50,776 bases of DNA from positions 1-50,776 of the forward strand of contig JAVECO010000167.1 in the NCBI GenBank assembly GCA_051942205.1, read 5' to 3'. This document shows, in pieces, positions 47,434-50,776 of the stretch. The stretch's first letter is position 1. Each line of letters starts with the position of its first letter. A program made the position numbers and the translations under genes. Under the pieces are notes generated by a model. That model saw nothing but the letters and a program-made list of their open reading frames with translations. It was not told where the DNA came from and ran no database searches. This stretch comes from Coniocarpon cinnabarinum. Taxonomy: Eukaryota.

Positions 47434-49577
47434 ATGCCTGGAACGGATTTCCTAAGAGCAGGTCCGAGAAATCTGGGCTCGCGTACAAATTCGGTTTCAA
47501 ATACCAGCACTGCCACAACCAGCCCTGCGCGATCACGACAAGGCTCTTTGGTTGACGCCAATGGACCCGCCACAGGCACATCGTCTACCCTTCCGGAAGA
47601 AAGGCCGGTGGCCATTGGTCATGGCGTCTCCGTCAGCATCAACCTTGCAGAGCCAGTGCTGTTTCTGCAGGGGTTTGAGCCTGGAGATGTCGCTCAGCGC
47701 AACACAGCCATGCTGCGGGGCACGCTCCACCTCAAGGTACTCAAGAGCGCAAAGATCAAAGCAGTTTCACTCAGGTTTAAGGGAACAGCCAGCACGAAAT
47801 GGCCAGAAGGCATTCCTCCAAAGAAGTTAGAATTCGAAGAGACAGATACTCTCATGAACCATTGCTGGCCCTTCTTCAATGCTCAATTCTCCACCGCTGA
47901 AGGCGGCACCGGCGCCGATGTGGTCAAGCTGGCGCAGCCTAGCGAGAAACATGGGTCTCCCTATCTTTCGCCCTCTCCACTGAATTCCAGCGTCAATGTC
48001 CGCGACACCAAGCGCCTGTCCTTACAAGTCAACAAAGCGCGAAGCTTTGAGAAAGATGAGAAGAAGCCAGGGTCGTCGGTAGCTCAAAAGGGTTACCGAA
48101 CATTCCATCCAGGAGATTACGTTTACAACTTCGAGCTGCCCATCGACAGCAGATTACCAGAGAGCATCGACGCCGAGCTGGGTTTTGTCAAGTACGAGCT
48201 GGAGGCGTTCGTTGAACGCGCTGGCGCATTTCGTGCCAACATGATGGGCTCGAAAGAAGTCGTCCTCATCCGAGCTCCCGCAGAAGGTTCTCTCGAGCAA
48301 GTCGAACCGATTGCGATCAGCAGAAATTGGGAGGATCAGCTGCACTATGACATTGTCATATCGGGCAAATCCTTTCCCCTTGGGTCCAAAGTACCTATCG
48401 CGTTCAAGCTCACACCTTTGGCCAAAGTGCAATGCCATCGCATCAAAGTTTTCATTACTGAAAACACTGAGTATTTTTGCAGTGGCAAAAGAGTCCATCG
48501 TATGGAGCCCACAAGAAAAGTGCTACTGTTCGAAAAGCGCTCCGACGGACCAAGCGTTAGTCGTTTCCCAGGAAGCTCGATGAAAATATTATCTGGCGGC
48601 GGCATTCCTTATGATCAGCGGGATGCGGCAAAAGGGGGCCAAGAAGTGATACCGGTCGACACGTCAAACTTGTTGGGCCGCTTGGAAGGAGATAGCAACA
48701 TCGGACCGACAGAAATGGAATTCAATGTGCAGCTGCCCGGGTGTCAAGATAGTGTAGACAAAGAGCAGCCGAGCCGTCTAAACTTCGATACAACGTATAC
48801 GAACATTCAGGTGCACCATTGGATCAAGGTGAGCTCAGCCATGGCGCTTTACTTTGTTGCCTATCTTCAAAAAGTTGCTAACAGCCAACGTAGATCGTCA
48901 TGCGACTATCAAAGCCCGACGACGTGGAGCCTGGAAAGCGACGACACTTCGAAATCTCTATCGACTCCCCATTCCATATCTTGTCATGCCGCGCTTCACA
49001 GGCGAACACTGCTTTGCCAGCATACTCATCACCTGAGACCGCAGATCACAACGGCACGCTGCTTGAATGCGGCTGTCCGGGCGCACCTGTGCGACGCATT
49101 TCGCCCAATCAAGTCCCAACGCTGAATGCGTTAAACGAAACACGGACTTCAAGCATTTCAGATGGCTCTGGTGTCTCACAATCAAGAAGTGGATCGTCTC
49201 AAGACATCGAGCCAGCACCAGCGCCTGGCATTTCAAGACCGGCTCTGGCACACATCCACACTAACACGCCAAGTGTACAACGCCCCATGCATATGCTGCG
49301 TGCACCAAGCTTCAACCCACCAGCATTTGAAGAAGAGGCGCCGCCGCCACCAATAGTGACACCACCACCTCAGTACAATGACATTGCCAGTCCTAACTCA
49401 GGGCTGACCGACTATTTTACGAGATTTGCAGAAGCTTACGAAGAAGACAGTGACGACGAAAATGGCAGTGGAAGCCGAAGCGGACGTGTTGATGTCCCAC
49501 TCACACCTGGAGGGAGGGTGAATCGTAGCATGGAGCTACAGCGAGGCGAATGGCAGGCCAACCTTCCCACGAGATGA
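47434..49577 (+). CDS. Alpha-arrestin, HECT-ligase adaptor (ApyA/Aly1-Aly2-like)
   Basis: SINLAEPVLFLQGF, MLRGTLHL, WPEGIPP, PGDYVYNFEL, SRNWEDQLHYDIVISGKSFP, VHHWIK|IVMRLS (intron 48829-48893), HFEISIDSPFHILSC, C-terminal PSFNPPAF and PPPQY motif. First AUG after the upstream intron is 47434. Confidence 0.92.
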
Positions 49578-50019
49578 AGCTAGTCATGTCTAAAAAAGGA
49601 ATCTGGTGTGCCAGGAAGTGAAACGACCACTTTTGAGTTTTAGCGTTTGATAAGCGATGGCGAAGGACTGGACTGGGGATTGGAACTAAACATACACATC
49701 TGTGAATAGCTCCCATGAATTGACACACGTTCGTGCTTCTGGCCACACGTCCCTGCGATGTGTTCGGTCAAATAGCATCGGCAAACAGAGCAACACTGGT
49801 AACCTAGTGCACGCATGACTCAAGCTCGATCCCACGCTCCCACGATCCCACTCTGAAGCGATTTGGCAGTCAAGGCTACAATTTGTGCTTAATGGACCTT
49901 CAAGACCTCGTCGCGCTGCTGCACTCCCAAGTCTTGCCCATAGCAGTATGCCATACACTACTGCGCCGAATGACATCCTTAGGCAAGCCAGGTTGATCCC
50001 GATTCATCCTGGGAGGAGG

Positions 50020-50134
50020 TTATCACTCGACCAAGTGCCAGGCTCCAGAGTCCAGAGGGGATAGTGGGTGGGAAGGCGGGGGTGGTGAAGGAACAGAGGG
50101 AGGACCTTATCACTCGACCAAGTGCCAGGCTCCA
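50020..50134. repeat. Perfect 28-bp direct repeat pair
   Basis: TTATCACTCGACCAAGTGCCAGGCTCCA at 50020-50047 and 50107-50134, each preceded by GGGAGGA. Confidence 0.85.
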
Positions 50135-50748
50135 ACGACCAGAGCAGCACAGGCACAACAGCAAAGACTAGTGGCATGACTCATGACTGGTACCACGATC
50201 ACACATTCAAGCTCCGTTACAACTTCAGGCCTCGCCTCCAGGACCTCGCGGACCCTCCGCGCCTTGTGGGTTAAAATCGTTGCTGTGCTATTACATAGGC
50301 TACCTATGGAGGGATCGTAGCCGCACTCTTAGCTCTTGCCGATACTAACATGCTGTACACCGCTGCGCCCCATAAAATTCTCAGGCAAGCTCGCCTCGTC
50401 CCCATCGATCCGAGAGACGATGATGAACGGAGACTGCTTCGTCGTCAACGTGGCATTTGCGGATGGAAGAAGGAGAAAGTGCCGGCCATGTGTGCTCAGA
50501 TGAGGGAAGGCAGGAGGATCCTTTTCTGGGTCGGTGTGCCCGCCGATGGGCCTGTGGGGGTGTCTGGCGACGGGCATCATCTGAAGTCTGGAGTAGAGTC
50601 AGCTGCTGATGGGGAATCAGAAAATGACGGGTCAGAGCGGGAGTGGACTGGAATGCTTCAGCTGAAGGCTCGGCCTATCACAGGAGCCAAGTCTCCCATG
50701 ATCAATGGTACAGCGAGTTTGGATCGTGGGTGGCGGAGGTGGTGGCAG

Positions 50749-50776
50749 GGAGGAGGAGGAGGAGGAGGAGGAGGAG
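50749..50776. repeat. (GGA)n microsatellite running off the window end
   Basis: About nine GGA units. Confidence 0.9.

Noticed and set aside
6663..49577. Apparent clustering of RNA-processing genes (PUS, NCS2, DCP2, RRP5) and ubiquitin-ligase genes (CAND1, CDT2, F-box, arrestin)
   Set aside because: Both are large functional classes, and the genes are interspersed with unrelated ones. Chance is sufficient without synteny evidence.
50020..50134. CRISPR-like repeat-spacer unit
   Set aside because: Only two repeats, fungal nuclear context and no cas genes.
50329..50776. 3' end of a minus-strand gene entering from the right edge
   Set aside because: All three minus frames stop within ~150 nt of the edge, and the 83-aa ORF has no recognisable motif.

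Overview
Window from a filamentous ascomycete genome (Pezizomycotina; short GT-AG introns with CTRAC-type branch points, strong RIP). Bases 1-~5215 are an AT-rich block of RIP-destroyed repeats. It resolves into two related Ty3/Gypsy chromoviruses in opposite orientation (integrase, chromodomain and 3' LTR on +; 5' LTR and gag zinc knuckle on -). From ~5390 the window is gene-dense and mostly housekeeping: Gfo/Idh/MocA oxidoreductase, RluA-family pseudouridine synthase, hotdog thioesterase, PTM1-like 7TM protein, NCS2, DUF4112, DCP2, CAND1, an acidic putative mitochondrial protein, acetoacetyl-CoA synthetase, GNAT, a small 4-exon membrane protein absent from the ORF track, a Zn2Cys6 factor, CDT2, a short RRP5 and an alpha-arrestin. 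Between RRP5 and the arrestin is an accessory-looking island (poly-T edge) with an orphan F-box-like gene and a HeLo-domain gene whose frame is broken by one TAG and then stays open for 142 more codons. Other leads: a ~246-codon AUG-free spliced in-frame extension on the arrestin, an RRP5 apparently missing about five internal S1 repeats, and a hidden mitochondrial presequence exon on the pseudouridine synthase. All calls come from manual reading and translation; no database search was run.
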